NCBI GenBank assembly: GCA_964599375.1
Contig: CAZREW010000002.1
Span: 119,846 to 183,845 of the forward strand
Direction: 5' to 3'
DNA from: an uncultured bacterium
GTDB lineage: Bacteria > Krumholzibacteriota > Krumholzibacteriia > Krumholzibacteriales > Krumholzibacteriaceae
DNA length: 64,000 bases
This document shows positions 28,852 to 38,659 of this stretch, piece after piece. Numbering within the stretch: position 1 is the first letter of the stretch; every line of letters starts with the position of its first letter. The notes beneath the pieces were generated by a model. That model was not told where the DNA came from. It saw only the letters and a list, made by a program, of their open reading frames with translations, and did not search any database. A program made the position numbers and the translations under genes.

Positions 28852-29013
28852 CGCCGACCTCCGGCACAGTCTTGTTCGAAGTGATCATACCTTTATGCTG
28901 ACATAATGGACTATGTGGCTCTCCGGCGCAAGCAAGACCGTCACGGGAGGCTTTTCACCCCGTCAGGGAGGGTTTGGGGGTGGCGCGCCGGCGCGCTTTG
29001 TAATAGTATACGG

Positions 29014-29030
29014 TGTGGATGGCATCCACA
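29014..29030. promoter_or_regulatory. perfect inverted repeat TGTGGATG-g-CATCCACA between a -10-like TAATAGTAT and the radical-SAM gene start (candidate operator)
   Basis: Seen in sequence 28 nt upstream of the ATG at 29058. A GC palindrome GCGCGCCGGCGCGC lies at 28982-28995. Confidence 0.3.
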
Positions 29031-29057
29031 TGGATCGATACCCGAAGGGAGAGACAG

Positions 29058-29993
29058 ATGAGCAGGATCTTCGGACCTGTTCCCTCGAGAAGGCTTGGAA
29101 GATCGCTGGGCGTCGACGTCGTGCCGTACAAGACGTGTACCTTCGACTGCGTCTACTGCGAATGCGGGCCGACGACCGCCCTGACGCTTGAACGCAGGGA
29201 ATTCTTCCCCCTGGAACTGGTACTCGACGAGCTGCGCGACTCGCTCTCGGAGACCGTGACTCCCCCCGACGTGATAACCCTCTCCGGTTCCGGTGAGCCC
29301 ACGCTGTACAGCCGGCTTGGAGAGCTGATAGACGGGATAAAAAGATCGACCCGCGTACCCGTGTCGGTGATCACCAACTCCTCGCTCCTGTTCATGCCGG
29401 ATGTGCGCGACGAGCTCGGGCGCGCCGACATAGTCCTCCCCTCGCTCGATACGGCTCTTGCCGGAACGTTCTCGAGGATCAACAGGCCCCACCCCGGTAT
29501 CAAGCTCGACATGATGACCGGAGGGCTCGGCGCCTTCCTCGACGGGTACCGCGGGAAGGTGTTGCTCGAGATCCTCCTGGTCGAGGGATATAACGCGGGC
29601 AGCGAGGACCTCGAGGCGCTCGTCTCTTTCATAGGGAAGCACCGGGTCGACTCGATCCAGCTCAACACGGCGGTCAGGCCCGGCACGGTAAGCGGCATCT
29701 CTCCCCTTTCGCGCGAACGCCTCGAAGAGATCAGGGGGCTGTTCGGCCCCGGGTGCGAGATAGTGGCCTCGACCGGGACGAAGGCGGGCCATGAGGAATC
29801 CGCGTCCACCGAAAGGATCCTCTCGATGATAGAGAGACGGCCCTGCACGGCCCTGGACATACATCACTCCCTGGGCATCCCTCTGCCGGGAGTGATAAAG
29901 CTCCTCGGCGTCATGATCGATGACCGCTCGATCAGGTCGGATGTCCATGACGGCGAGACCTTCTATACCGCCAGGGAGAGAAACAGCGGATGA
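29058..29993 (+). CDS. radical SAM domain protein (CxxxCxxC), family not identified
   Basis: CTFDCVYCEC motif after IFGPVPSRRLGRSLGVDVVPYK. Start chosen at the ATG preceded by GAAGGGAGAG; the track ORF begins 45 nt earlier at 29013. No SPASM domain. Confidence 0.8.
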   Translation: MSRIFGPVPSRRLGRSLGVDVVPYKTCTFDCVYCECGPTTALTLERREFFPLELVLDELRDSLSETVTPPDVITLSGSGEPTLYSRLGELIDGIKRSTRVPVSVITNSSLLFMPDVRDELGRADIVLPSLDTALAGTFSRINRPHPGIKLDMMTGGLGAFLDGYRGKVLLEILLVEGYNAGSEDLEALVSFIGKHRVDSIQLNTAVRPGTVSGISPLSRERLEEIRGLFGPGCEIVASTGTKAGHEESASTERILSMIERRPCTALDIHHSLGIPLPGVIKLLGVMIDDRSIRSDVHDGETFYTARERNSG

Positions 29994-30847
29994 GCGGCAG
30001 ACCGGAAAGGCCGGAAGCGCTTTCCAGCAGGAAATACTGGGATTCGATCCTTTCCGGCAGGAAGGTGTCCGGCGCCCCGTCATATGTCAGAGCGGCCAGG
30101 AGGATCCTGGGGCCATCGACAGCCGCTAAGATGGGGAGCTACGAGGACTACCTCCTCTGGAACGTCATCTACCCGTCTTACCTTACCGGATCGGAAGGAT
30201 GCAGCGTCGTCGAGATCGGCAGCGCGCCGGGCAGGCATCTGGTCAGGATGCGCGAGAAGCTGGGCTGCGAGGTCTGGGGGCTAGAGTACTCGCCCGGTGG
30301 GGCGGAGGCGAACAGGGAGGCCTTCAGGCGCGCCGGCATCGATCCCGACCGGGTGATAGAAGCCGACCTGTTCGACGGCGCAGTCGCAGGGAGGTTCAGC
30401 GGGAAATTCGATGTCGTCCTTTCGAGGGGCCTGATCGAGCATTTCGACGACCCGCGAAGGGCTGTCGAGATACACCTCCAGCTCCTGCGCCCCGGCGGGA
30501 CCCTTATGGTGAGCATCCCCAACATGCGCGGCGCGAACTACCTACAGGCCCTGCTCTTCAACCGCCGGCTGATCCCGATGCATAACAGGGAGATAATGCG
30601 CATGGGGGTCTTCAGGTCCCTGTTCGCGAGAAAAGACCTCGAGACCCTTTTCTGCGGCTATTACGGCACAGCCAAGGCCGACCTGTTCATCCACAGGAGG
30701 GGGCCGCTGACCGGGTTCATCATGAGGGCCGCAGAAGCGTTCCAGGCACTCCTTAACCTACTGTTCCGCCTCGTCCTGCGCGACCGCGGCCTCGAGACCT
30801 CCCTGTTCAGTCCGAATCTCCTGTTTATCGGCGTAAAAAAGCATTAA
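29990..30847 (+). CDS. class I SAM-dependent methyltransferase
   Basis: 285 aa; VVEIGSAPG (motif I) ... DVVLSRGLIEHF ... LLRPGGTLMVSIPN. 4-nt overlap with the radical SAM gene. Confidence 0.8.
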   Translation: MSGRPERPEALSSRKYWDSILSGRKVSGAPSYVRAARRILGPSTAAKMGSYEDYLLWNVIYPSYLTGSEGCSVVEIGSAPGRHLVRMREKLGCEVWGLEYSPGGAEANREAFRRAGIDPDRVIEADLFDGAVAGRFSGKFDVVLSRGLIEHFDDPRRAVEIHLQLLRPGGTLMVSIPNMRGANYLQALLFNRRLIPMHNREIMRMGVFRSLFARKDLETLFCGYYGTAKADLFIHRRGPLTGFIMRAAEAFQALLNLLFRLVLRDRGLETSLFSPNLLFIGVKKH

Positions 30848-30907
30848 ATTGACGGTAGAGGCCCCTTAAGGCCCTACCAGGACCCGCCGAGCGAGGAGAT
30901 ACCGCCC

Positions 30908-32674
30908 ATGAGACACCGGAGATCCGGCATCATACGCTCAATATCCATCCTCATCCCCGCAATCATATTGACGGCTCTGACGTCATGCGGCGGCGGCGAC
31001 CCGTCCGGGCCCCAGATCGAGACAGGCCCGCAGGCCTGGTGGCGCATCGAGACCGCGGTCAGGACTCTCAGGGGTGTCTATGACCCAGGGACCGGTGGCG
31101 CGATCGCCGTCGGGGATGGCGGGATGATCCTGCAAAGGGCCCCATCGGGATGGGTGTCGATGGAAAGCCCGGTCACCGCCTCGCTGAACGCGATCTACGG
31201 CACATCGGGCTCATCGGTCTGGGCGGTCGGCAACAGCGGCGTCATCATCCATTATGACGGCATATCATGGGAGACGGCCGACTCTGTGACCACGGCCGAC
31301 CTGAACTGCATCCTCGGCTTCCCAGGAGGCGTGATCTTCGCCGCCGGGGACGGCGGGACGGTGATCCGCTACGACGGCATTTCGTGGTCCCTGATGCCGA
31401 CCGTCTTCGAGGATGACATCTACGGGATCTGGGGCACATCTTCCCAGGACCTGATCATAGTCGGCGACTCGGGCCTTATAATGAGATACAACGGGGGCGG
31501 ATGGGTCGAGATGCCGGGTGGAGGCGGCAGGTATTTCAGGGGGATATGGGGAACGCCCGGCGGTGAAGTCTTCGCGGTCGCCCTCTACGGCGACATGATG
31601 AAGCTGAGCGGCGCAGCCTGGTCGACGGTCGACAGCGGCACGGGAGAACACCTGCTCGCGATCGACGGCACCGCGCCCGACTCTATCTTCATCGTTGGCG
31701 ATCACGGCACGGTCATCTTTTACGACGGCATTACGTGGAAGCCGTACCCTCAGGTCCAGCCCGACATAAGCATACTCTACGCGGTGGATGTCGGAAGCGG
31801 GACGGGAGTCGCGGTCGGTTTCCACGGCGACGTCCTCGAGTTCGACGGCCAGCAGTGGCTCCAGGCCGGCAATCCCTTCTCGCAGCACCTCTTCGGAGCG
31901 TGGAGCAGCGCATCGGAGGGGATATTCGCCGTAGGAAGCTCGGGGTCGATCCTGCGTAAGACCGGCGGAAGATGGAACGCGATGTCCTACGGAGGAACGC
32001 AGGAGCTCTACACCGTCAAAGGCCTTCCTGAAGGAGACATACTCTCTGCCGGCCAGATCGGACTGCTCCTCGAGTTCGACGGCGCAGGCTGGGCTTCGAC
32101 GCAGCTTCCGCTCGGCTGGGAGATAAACTCTCTTTGGGGATCCTCCCGGAACGATATCTACGGAGTCGGGGCATTCGGCCTCGTCATCCACTTCGGCGGC
32201 GGCTCCTGGGAAGAGCTGCCTCGTCCTACCGGCGAATGGCTGCAGGACGTCTGGGGCTCAGGGCCGGGAGATGTGTTCGTCGTAGGAGGCCTCGGATCGG
32301 TCTTCCACTATGATGGAGCGCAGTGGGACACGATGACGGCCGTGACCTCCCACTCTCTCTTCGGCGTCTGGGGAAGCGGCCCGGGAGACGTATTCGCCGT
32401 CGGATCCGTCGGAACGATCATCCACTACGACGGGTTGGAATGGTCGCCTATGACGAGCGGGACCTCTAGAAAACTCTACGCGGTATGGGGCTCGGGACCT
32501 CGAGACGTGTTCGCGAGCGGTGAGTTCGGAGAGGTCGTCCACTACGACGGCAGGGAATGGGAGAGACTCGACTCCGGAGTCTCGGCCCATTTGCGCGCCC
32601 TGACGGGGCTGTCCGGCAAGGACGTCTACGCGGCCGGCTCCAACGGCACCATCATACACTACGCTATCCACTGA
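30908..32674 (+). CDS. lipoprotein composed of ~13 tandem ~40-aa beta-propeller-like repeats
   Basis: 588 aa; lipobox LTSCGG. Repeat consensus about L(F/Y)GVWGSGPxDVFAVGxxGTIIHYDGxxWxxMxSGT is reiterated through the whole protein. Confidence 0.8.
   Translation: MRHRRSGIIRSISILIPAIILTALTSCGGGDPSGPQIETGPQAWWRIETAVRTLRGVYDPGTGGAIAVGDGGMILQRAPSGWVSMESPVTASLNAIYGTSGSSVWAVGNSGVIIHYDGISWETADSVTTADLNCILGFPGGVIFAAGDGGTVIRYDGISWSLMPTVFEDDIYGIWGTSSQDLIIVGDSGLIMRYNGGGWVEMPGGGGRYFRGIWGTPGGEVFAVALYGDMMKLSGAAWSTVDSGTGEHLLAIDGTAPDSIFIVGDHGTVIFYDGITWKPYPQVQPDISILYAVDVGSGTGVAVGFHGDVLEFDGQQWLQAGNPFSQHLFGAWSSASEGIFAVGSSGSILRKTGGRWNAMSYGGTQELYTVKGLPEGDILSAGQIGLLLEFDGAGWASTQLPLGWEINSLWGSSRNDIYGVGAFGLVIHFGGGSWEELPRPTGEWLQDVWGSGPGDVFVVGGLGSVFHYDGAQWDTMTAVTSHSLFGVWGSGPGDVFAVGSVGTIIHYDGLEWSPMTSGTSRKLYAVWGSGPRDVFASGEFGEVVHYDGREWERLDSGVSAHLRALTGLSGKDVYAAGSNGTIIHYAIH
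31000..32660 (+). repeat. intragenic tandem repeat array (~120-bp period, diverged) encoding the propeller blades
   Basis: Repeated GGCGTCTGGGG.../CACTACGACGG... codon blocks corresponding to the WG...HYDG peptide repeat. Confidence 0.65.
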
Positions 32675-32685
32675 CGGCCTTTACA

Positions 32686-33930
32686 TCAGGCATCCCACTT
32701 CAGGCGCCTCGCCCCCACGGCGAGGAAGACCAGCCCGAACAGTGCAAGCATAGTGATATGGGGCGCCACTTCGGACGCGCCCATGCCGAACGATATGAGC
32801 CTGTGTATCCCGTTTATCGTCCAACCGGTCGGCAGGCAGTAGGCGACGATCCTGAGGGGCCTGGAGACTACCTCCAGAGGCCACCAGCATCCCCCAAGCG
32901 CTGCCATCGCCAACGCAGTGATCACTCCCACCGTCGTCACCTGGTCGGGATCCGAGAGAAGCGAGCCGAACAGTATCGAGAGCGATCCCATCGCGAAGGC
33001 GAACGCGAGCATCAGGAGCATGAGCCCCCCGGGGCTCCCCCCGAGCGAGATGCCGAATATCAGCCTGCCCGCGGCCAGAAGAAATATTATCTGTGCCGCG
33101 GCGATGAAGATCCGCCCCAGGAGCTTGCCCGCGACGACATCAGCCTTGCCGGCCGACGACATCCCGATCCTCCTGAGCACGCCGCTCTTCCTCTCGGCGG
33201 TTATCACCGCTCCGCTGAACAGCATCGACATCAGGACAAACATGACCAGGCTACCCGGCACCGAGGACTGGAACCCGCCCGGCGTCTCCATCCCCTTTCC
33301 AGCCAGCCGAGATCTCACCGTGATGTTCGCGGGGCGGACCAGCAGCGTATCTATCCTCTCCTCGATCCACTCCGTCATGTCTTCCCCTCCCCCGGAGACG
33401 AGCAGGAGCGACCCGTAGAGCGTATCGCCACGCACCGCGATCCGCTCAGAGCCCTCTTCTATGAGGCCGTTCTCTATCTCTATAAGCCCCGTCACGAGCC
33501 GCGCCAGGCTCCTGAAGACCGCGGCGGAAGCCGCCCGGCCGGCCTCATCGTTGGATCCCCTTTCGCGCACCAGCGTGAGGTCGACCCTCTCTCGGCCCAG
33601 CACCTTTTCCGTGAACCCCGCTGGTATAACCAGGGTCCTTACCGGATCCCTGTCTTCCGGCATCGTATCGCTCATCTGTATGTAGTAGTTCTCGCCGGCC
33701 AGGAGGGAGATGAGATCGCCGGCTAGATATCCCCCGTCGTTGTCCTCCACCGTCAGAGTCGCCAGGGGCCTGCGCTCCGAGCCGCCGCCGAAGGAGAGCC
33801 CGAAGAATGTGATGAACGCCAGCGGCATCAGGAAGATCCAGAGCACGGCGCTCTTCTCCTTCATCGTCAGCCTGAAATCACAGGCGGCGATCTTCCATAT
33901 CGCTCCGGTCCTACCCGTACTCACGGTCAC
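32686..33930 (-). CDS. ABC-2 family transporter permease
   Basis: Multi-TM protein with ABC-2 N-terminus IWKIAACDFRLTMKEKSAVLWIFLMPL. Likely GTG start overlapping the upstream permease stop (ATGTGA); the track ORF extends to an upstream ATG at 34023. Confidence 0.7.
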   Translation of the reverse strand: MTVSTGRTGAIWKIAACDFRLTMKEKSAVLWIFLMPLAFITFFGLSFGGGSERRPLATLTVEDNDGGYLAGDLISLLAGENYYIQMSDTMPEDRDPVRTLVIPAGFTEKVLGRERVDLTLVRERGSNDEAGRAASAAVFRSLARLVTGLIEIENGLIEEGSERIAVRGDTLYGSLLLVSGGGEDMTEWIEERIDTLLVRPANITVRSRLAGKGMETPGGFQSSVPGSLVMFVLMSMLFSGAVITAERKSGVLRRIGMSSAGKADVVAGKLLGRIFIAAAQIIFLLAAGRLIFGISLGGSPGGLMLLMLAFAFAMGSLSILFGSLLSDPDQVTTVGVITALAMAALGGCWWPLEVVSRPLRIVAYCLPTGWTINGIHRLISFGMGASEVAPHITMLALFGLVFLAVGARRLKWDA

Positions 33931-35201
33931 ATCCCCCCCTTCGCGATCCTGCTCCGTATCAGGATCGCGCCCGGCACGACCGTGAGTACGCCTACCAGCA
34001 GAAGCACGGTCACGTGAATCCATATGCCTGAGACACCGGCTCCGAACAGGAAGATACGTTTCATGCCGTCAGCGGCCCAGAAGACCGGTGAGAACCGGGC
34101 CGTTTCCCGCAGGGCCGGGGGCATCTGCTCGATCGGCACCATGCTCCCGCCGAAGAGCGCCATCACTATGATCACGACCGACATCACTGCGTCGGCCGCC
34201 CTCTCGTTGCTGATGGCTCCGTAAAGGAGGGTCATGACCCCGGTGCACATCAGTATCGTCGCTATCGTCTGGAGAAGCAGGGCGGGGGGATCGCCCAGGT
34301 CGATCCCGAATCCCAGCCGGCTGACTCCCAGAAGTATCAGGCACGCGATCATCGTGACGGTGAAAGCCGCCCCGACCTTTCCCGCAACGACCTGGCCCGT
34401 TGTGACCGGCGCGGCGAGCATCCTCGACAGGGTCCCTCCTGTCCTCTCGCGCAGCAGGTCGCGCAGAACGAGCTCCGTTATGAAGAGCAGGCCGATCATC
34501 ATGCTTCCTGGCATGACAAAGGCGAATATGTTGAATCCAGCCTTGCCGCCGCCATCGCCGCCTGCCGAGGTAGTGTCCGCCGCCGCCACCTCGCTCCTGA
34601 AGGTGATCAGCGAGTCGGCCACGTATCCATAGGCAAGTATCACTCCGTTCCTGGCCCCATTCATGACATCCTCCATCTCGGAGGCATCCGGCCAGGTCTC
34701 CCGTTCGATGATCGAGCGGATCCTGCCCAGAGGAGCGTTGAATATCCTGGTCCCCCCGTCGAGGATGACGGCCATCGTCCTTGTTATCTCTTCGACTATC
34801 AGTGGCAGGAAATACTCCGAAGGGTTCTTGACCAGCCTGATCTCGGCGGGACGGCCGTCTAGCACATCCGATGTGAATCCCTCGGGTATCTCGATCAGTG
34901 CCGACGCCTTCCCGTCTCTCATCATCTCTTGGCCCTCGGTGGCCGATACGTCAGTTATGTCCAGCATGTCGGCCAGCTCGCCCTGCTGCATCCCCTGCCG
35001 CAGGAATCCGCCGAAGAAGCCTCCGTCCCTGTCGACGACGAGGACCTTTATCTTCGGGATCCCGACGTCTCCCCCGGGCCCGAACACAATCCCGACGATC
35101 AGCGTCATGGTGACCGGGATCAGCAGCATCAGGACCACAGAGAGAGGATTCCTGAGCCTCCGCCTGAGATCGTTCGCCAGTATGCCGGGAACAATCTTCA
35201 T
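33927..35201 (-). CDS. ABC-2 family transporter permease
   Basis: 424 aa; N-terminus MKIVPGILANDLRRRLRNPLSVVLMLLIPV; large extracytoplasmic loop, then 5 TM helices. Confidence 0.8.
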   Translation of the reverse strand: MKIVPGILANDLRRRLRNPLSVVLMLLIPVTMTLIVGIVFGPGGDVGIPKIKVLVVDRDGGFFGGFLRQGMQQGELADMLDITDVSATEGQEMMRDGKASALIEIPEGFTSDVLDGRPAEIRLVKNPSEYFLPLIVEEITRTMAVILDGGTRIFNAPLGRIRSIIERETWPDASEMEDVMNGARNGVILAYGYVADSLITFRSEVAAADTTSAGGDGGGKAGFNIFAFVMPGSMMIGLLFITELVLRDLLRERTGGTLSRMLAAPVTTGQVVAGKVGAAFTVTMIACLILLGVSRLGFGIDLGDPPALLLQTIATILMCTGVMTLLYGAISNERAADAVMSVVIIVMALFGGSMVPIEQMPPALRETARFSPVFWAADGMKRIFLFGAGVSGIWIHVTVLLLVGVLTVVPGAILIRSRIAKGGM

Positions 35202-35202
35202 C

Positions 35203-36129
35203 TTAGTCCCTCAACTCCCTTCCGGTGACCTGCAGGAAAACGCTCTCGAGGCTCGGCTCCCTGATCGCCACCCCGTCCACGTGGAGGCCGGTCGAGAAGA
35301 GGGTGCCGAGAAACCTTCCGGTCGAATCGCGGTCGAGCAGCTTGACCCGGAGCTCACCGTCCGAGATATGGTCGAACTCGGCGTCGCCGAGCACCTTTTT
35401 CGCCTCACCGGCGCTGAAATCACCGTTGACCGAGACCATTATCTTCCCGCCCACCAGCTCGACGAGCTCGGCCAGCGTCCCGGAGGCGTGGATCGTCCCT
35501 TCGTCCATTATGGCGATGCGGTCGCAGAGATGCTCCGCCTCCTCGAGATAATGGGTGGTATAGATGACCGTCCTGCCCTCTCCGGCCAGCCCTTTTACGA
35601 CCTCGAGGATCCTTATCCTAGCCTGCGGGTCGATCCCCAGCGTCGGCTCGTCAAGCAGGATGACCGAGGGATCGTGGACCAGCCCGGCGCAGAGGTTGAT
35701 CCTCCTCTTCATTCCTCCGGAATATGTCCTGACCGCGTCCTTCGCACGGTCCGTCAGGTCTACGAGTTCGAGCGCCCTGTCGACGCTGTCCCTGAGCTCG
35801 CCGCCCGAGAGGCCATACAGCCCGCCCCAGAAGAGCAGGTTGTCCCTTCCAGAGAGCTCCTCGTACAGGGCTATCTCCTGTGGGATGACCCCCATGATGC
35901 GCCTGATCTCCCTGCCACGGGCGGCCATATCCATCCCGCCTATCGTTATCGAGCCCGAATCCGGCTTCAGCAGCCCTGAAAGCATCGATATCGTAGTCGT
36001 CTTCCCCGCCCCGTTCGGGCCGAGGAATCCGAATATCTCCCCTTTCGCGACCGAGAAGCTGATGCCCCTGACGGCGCGGACCTCGCCGAAGCTCTTGCCG
36101 AGCCCATTTACCGCTATCATCTCTGTCAT
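35203..36129 (-). CDS. ABC transporter ATP-binding protein (ABC-2 exporter type)
   Basis: Walker A GPNGAGKTTT, signature LSGGMKRR, Walker B ILLDEPT. Start at ATG (MTEMIAV...) with GGAGG 6 nt upstream; the track ORF is 48 nt longer. Confidence 0.9.
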   Translation of the reverse strand: MTEMIAVNGLGKSFGEVRAVRGISFSVAKGEIFGFLGPNGAGKTTTISMLSGLLKPDSGSITIGGMDMAARGREIRRIMGVIPQEIALYEELSGRDNLLFWGGLYGLSGGELRDSVDRALELVDLTDRAKDAVRTYSGGMKRRINLCAGLVHDPSVILLDEPTLGIDPQARIRILEVVKGLAGEGRTVIYTTHYLEEAEHLCDRIAIMDEGTIHASGTLAELVELVGGKIMVSVNGDFSAGEAKKVLGDAEFDHISDGELRVKLLDRDSTGRFLGTLFSTGLHVDGVAIREPSLESVFLQVTGRELRD

Positions 36130-36345
36130 TATTTCCTCCGGGGGATATGGATCAAGCCGCCTGAGCAGTCGCGCCAAGAGTATTACCGCCAGGCGGCCTG
36201 TTCAAGAAAAAAAGGCCGGCTGGGCATATCGCGGCGCCGGAGAGATATGTTATTGCCACCGGCCCGCCGCATCTTCTAGAATCGCCCTGTAATTTTCCAT
36301 GCTGTACCCGCCCCGTCCGGGGCGGCATAACCGGAAGGAGCCGGA

Positions 36346-38406
36346 ATGAGAGGCAGAATCGTATTCCTGGAGCGTGCGGCGGCCGTCCTGATCGCCGCGG
36401 CGATTATCCTCACGGGCGCTGCCGACGTGCGTGGGGAGAAGCGGGCGATCACCTTCGACGACCTGATCTCGCTGGGACGCATCGGAAGCTTCGAGGTATC
36501 CCCCGATGGAAGGAATATCGCGTTCACCGTAACGTGGTTCGACAAGGAAGCCAACTCCTCGAACACCGACATCTACCTCGTGCCGGTCAAGGGCGGGGAT
36601 CCTTTCAGGTTCGTGCGCAGCGAGGGCGCCGATTACTCCCCGTGCTGGTCACCCGACGGCAAAAAGCTCGCCTTCGTCTCGACACGCGGCGGCAGCGCGC
36701 AGATATGGGTCATCCCGGTCGACGGCGGAGAGGCCAGGAAGATCACAGACATCCCGACCGGGGTATCATCGCCGCTCTGGTCGCCCGATGGAAAGAGATT
36801 CGCCTTCACTTCGAGCGTCTACCCCGAGTGCGGGGACATGGACTGCAACAGGAAGAAGCTCGAGGAGGCCGAGAGCAGCAAGGTCAAGGCCCGGCTTCTT
36901 GACCACCTCATGTACCGGCACTGGAACTCGTGGAGGGACGGCCGCTGGGAGCACCTGTTCATATCGGACGCCGATGGAGAGAACCTCGTAGAGATAAACA
37001 AGGGGCGCACCGACGTCCCGCCGATATCGCTCGGCGGCTCGAGAGACTACGACTTCTCCCCCGACGGGAAGGAGATATGCTACACCCTGAACCCCGATCC
37101 GGTGGTCGCGATATCGACGAACAACGATATATGGATCGTGCCTGTCACAGGCGGCCAGCCTAAGAACCTGACCGCTGCCAATCCGGCAAACGACAACAAT
37201 CCGAGGTACTCCCCCGACGGGAAATACATCGCGTGGCGCTCGATGGCCAGAGCCGGGTTCGAGGCGGACAGGCAGACGCTGACGCTCTACGACCGCAGGT
37301 CCGGGAAGATGACCACGCTGACCGGCTCGTTCGACCGCAGCGTCGGCGATTTCGACTGGGCGCCCGACAGCCGCGCGATCTATTTCTGCGCCGAAGACAA
37401 GGGACGGTATTCGATCTTCATGGTGCCGGCGGGTGGAGGGAACGTCCGGCCCGTTGTCAGCGGGGCGTACGACAGCGACGTGCGCGTCACGCCCGACGGC
37501 AAGAACCTCGTATTCCCGCGCCAGCACGTCAACGCGCCGACCGACCTCTACAGGTCGACGGTCGCGGGGAAGAACATAGCGAGGCTCACCGACATGAACT
37601 CAACCGTGCTCGCCGGCCTCGAGATGAACCCGCTGGAGGATTTCTGGTTCGAGGGCGCGGGAGGCCGGCAGGTCAACGGCATGATCGTAAAACCTCCCTT
37701 CTTCGAGGAGGGGAAAAAATATCCGGTCGTGCTGCTGATCCACGGCGGCCCGCAGGGATCCTTCGGCGACGATTTCCATTACCGGTGGAATGTCGAGATG
37801 TTCGCCTCTCCCGGATATGTCGTGGCGATGATCAACTTCACCGGGAGCACCGGCTACGGCCAGGCTTTCACCGACGCGATAAGCGGCGATTGGGGCGGGG
37901 CGCCTTACGAGGATATAATGAAGGGTGTCGACTACATCGAGGCGAACTTCGACTTCATCGATCCCGACAGGATCGGCGCCGCAGGCGCTTCCTACGGCGG
38001 TTACATGATCGACTGGATCGAGGGCCACACCGACCGCTTCAAGTGCCTCGTATCTCACGACGGGGTCTACGACCTCGAGAGCATGTACGGGGCGACCGAA
38101 GAGCTGTGGTTCCCCGAGTGGGAGTTCAGGGGCACTCCATGGACCAACCTCGAACTGTACGAGAAGTTCTCTCCTCACAGGTACGCGGCCGATTTCAGGA
38201 CGCCCTGCCTGATCATACACGGCGAGCATGATTACAGGGTCCCTTACAACCAGGGGCTCGAATTCTTCACAGCCCTGCAGCGGCAGGGAGTGGAGTCGAA
38301 GCTCCTCTTCTTCCCCGACGAGGACCACTTCGTGCAAAAACCGCTCAACGCGGAGCTCTGGTGGGGGACCATCCAAGATTGGTTCGAGAGATATCTGAAA
38401 CACTAG
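36346..38406 (+). CDS. secreted S9-family serine peptidase (prolyl oligopeptidase / acylaminoacyl-peptidase type: beta-propeller + alpha/beta hydrolase)
   Basis: 686 aa; signal peptide; repeated SPDGK propeller motifs; catalytic GASYGGYM nucleophile elbow, Asp and His (HGEHDYRVP) in the C-terminal domain. Confidence 0.9.
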   Translation: MRGRIVFLERAAAVLIAAAIILTGAADVRGEKRAITFDDLISLGRIGSFEVSPDGRNIAFTVTWFDKEANSSNTDIYLVPVKGGDPFRFVRSEGADYSPCWSPDGKKLAFVSTRGGSAQIWVIPVDGGEARKITDIPTGVSSPLWSPDGKRFAFTSSVYPECGDMDCNRKKLEEAESSKVKARLLDHLMYRHWNSWRDGRWEHLFISDADGENLVEINKGRTDVPPISLGGSRDYDFSPDGKEICYTLNPDPVVAISTNNDIWIVPVTGGQPKNLTAANPANDNNPRYSPDGKYIAWRSMARAGFEADRQTLTLYDRRSGKMTTLTGSFDRSVGDFDWAPDSRAIYFCAEDKGRYSIFMVPAGGGNVRPVVSGAYDSDVRVTPDGKNLVFPRQHVNAPTDLYRSTVAGKNIARLTDMNSTVLAGLEMNPLEDFWFEGAGGRQVNGMIVKPPFFEEGKKYPVVLLIHGGPQGSFGDDFHYRWNVEMFASPGYVVAMINFTGSTGYGQAFTDAISGDWGGAPYEDIMKGVDYIEANFDFIDPDRIGAAGASYGGYMIDWIEGHTDRFKCLVSHDGVYDLESMYGATEELWFPEWEFRGTPWTNLELYEKFSPHRYAADFRTPCLIIHGEHDYRVPYNQGLEFFTALQRQGVESKLLFFPDEDHFVQKPLNAELWWGTIQDWFERYLKH

Positions 38407-38471
38407 AGTGATAAGCGTTGATGTGACGATCTGATCAAGCACAGAACGCTAGAGCATACAGTAAAAGGACA

Positions 38472-38499
38472 GGCCCCGGGTGGAGGAACCACCCGGGGC
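38472..38499. terminator. bidirectional terminator-like hairpin between convergent S9 peptidase and phzF (GGCCCCGGGTGG-AGGAA-CCACCCGGGGCT)
   Basis: Perfect 12-bp stem seen in sequence, followed by TATATATT. A second long-range stem AACCGGAAAAG...CTTTTCCGGTT lies at 38509-38571. Confidence 0.5.
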
Positions 38500-38659
38500 T
38501 ATATATTAAAACCGGAAAAGAGATCCGTCGAAAGGGTCACGCGGGCCACCTCCTCAGAACCTTTTCCGGTTAAATCGCGATCCTCGTCGCTTTATTACAA
38601 GCAACTCGGCGTATTATATCACACGCACAATCTATTTCAAAACGATTTCCCGACCAGAA

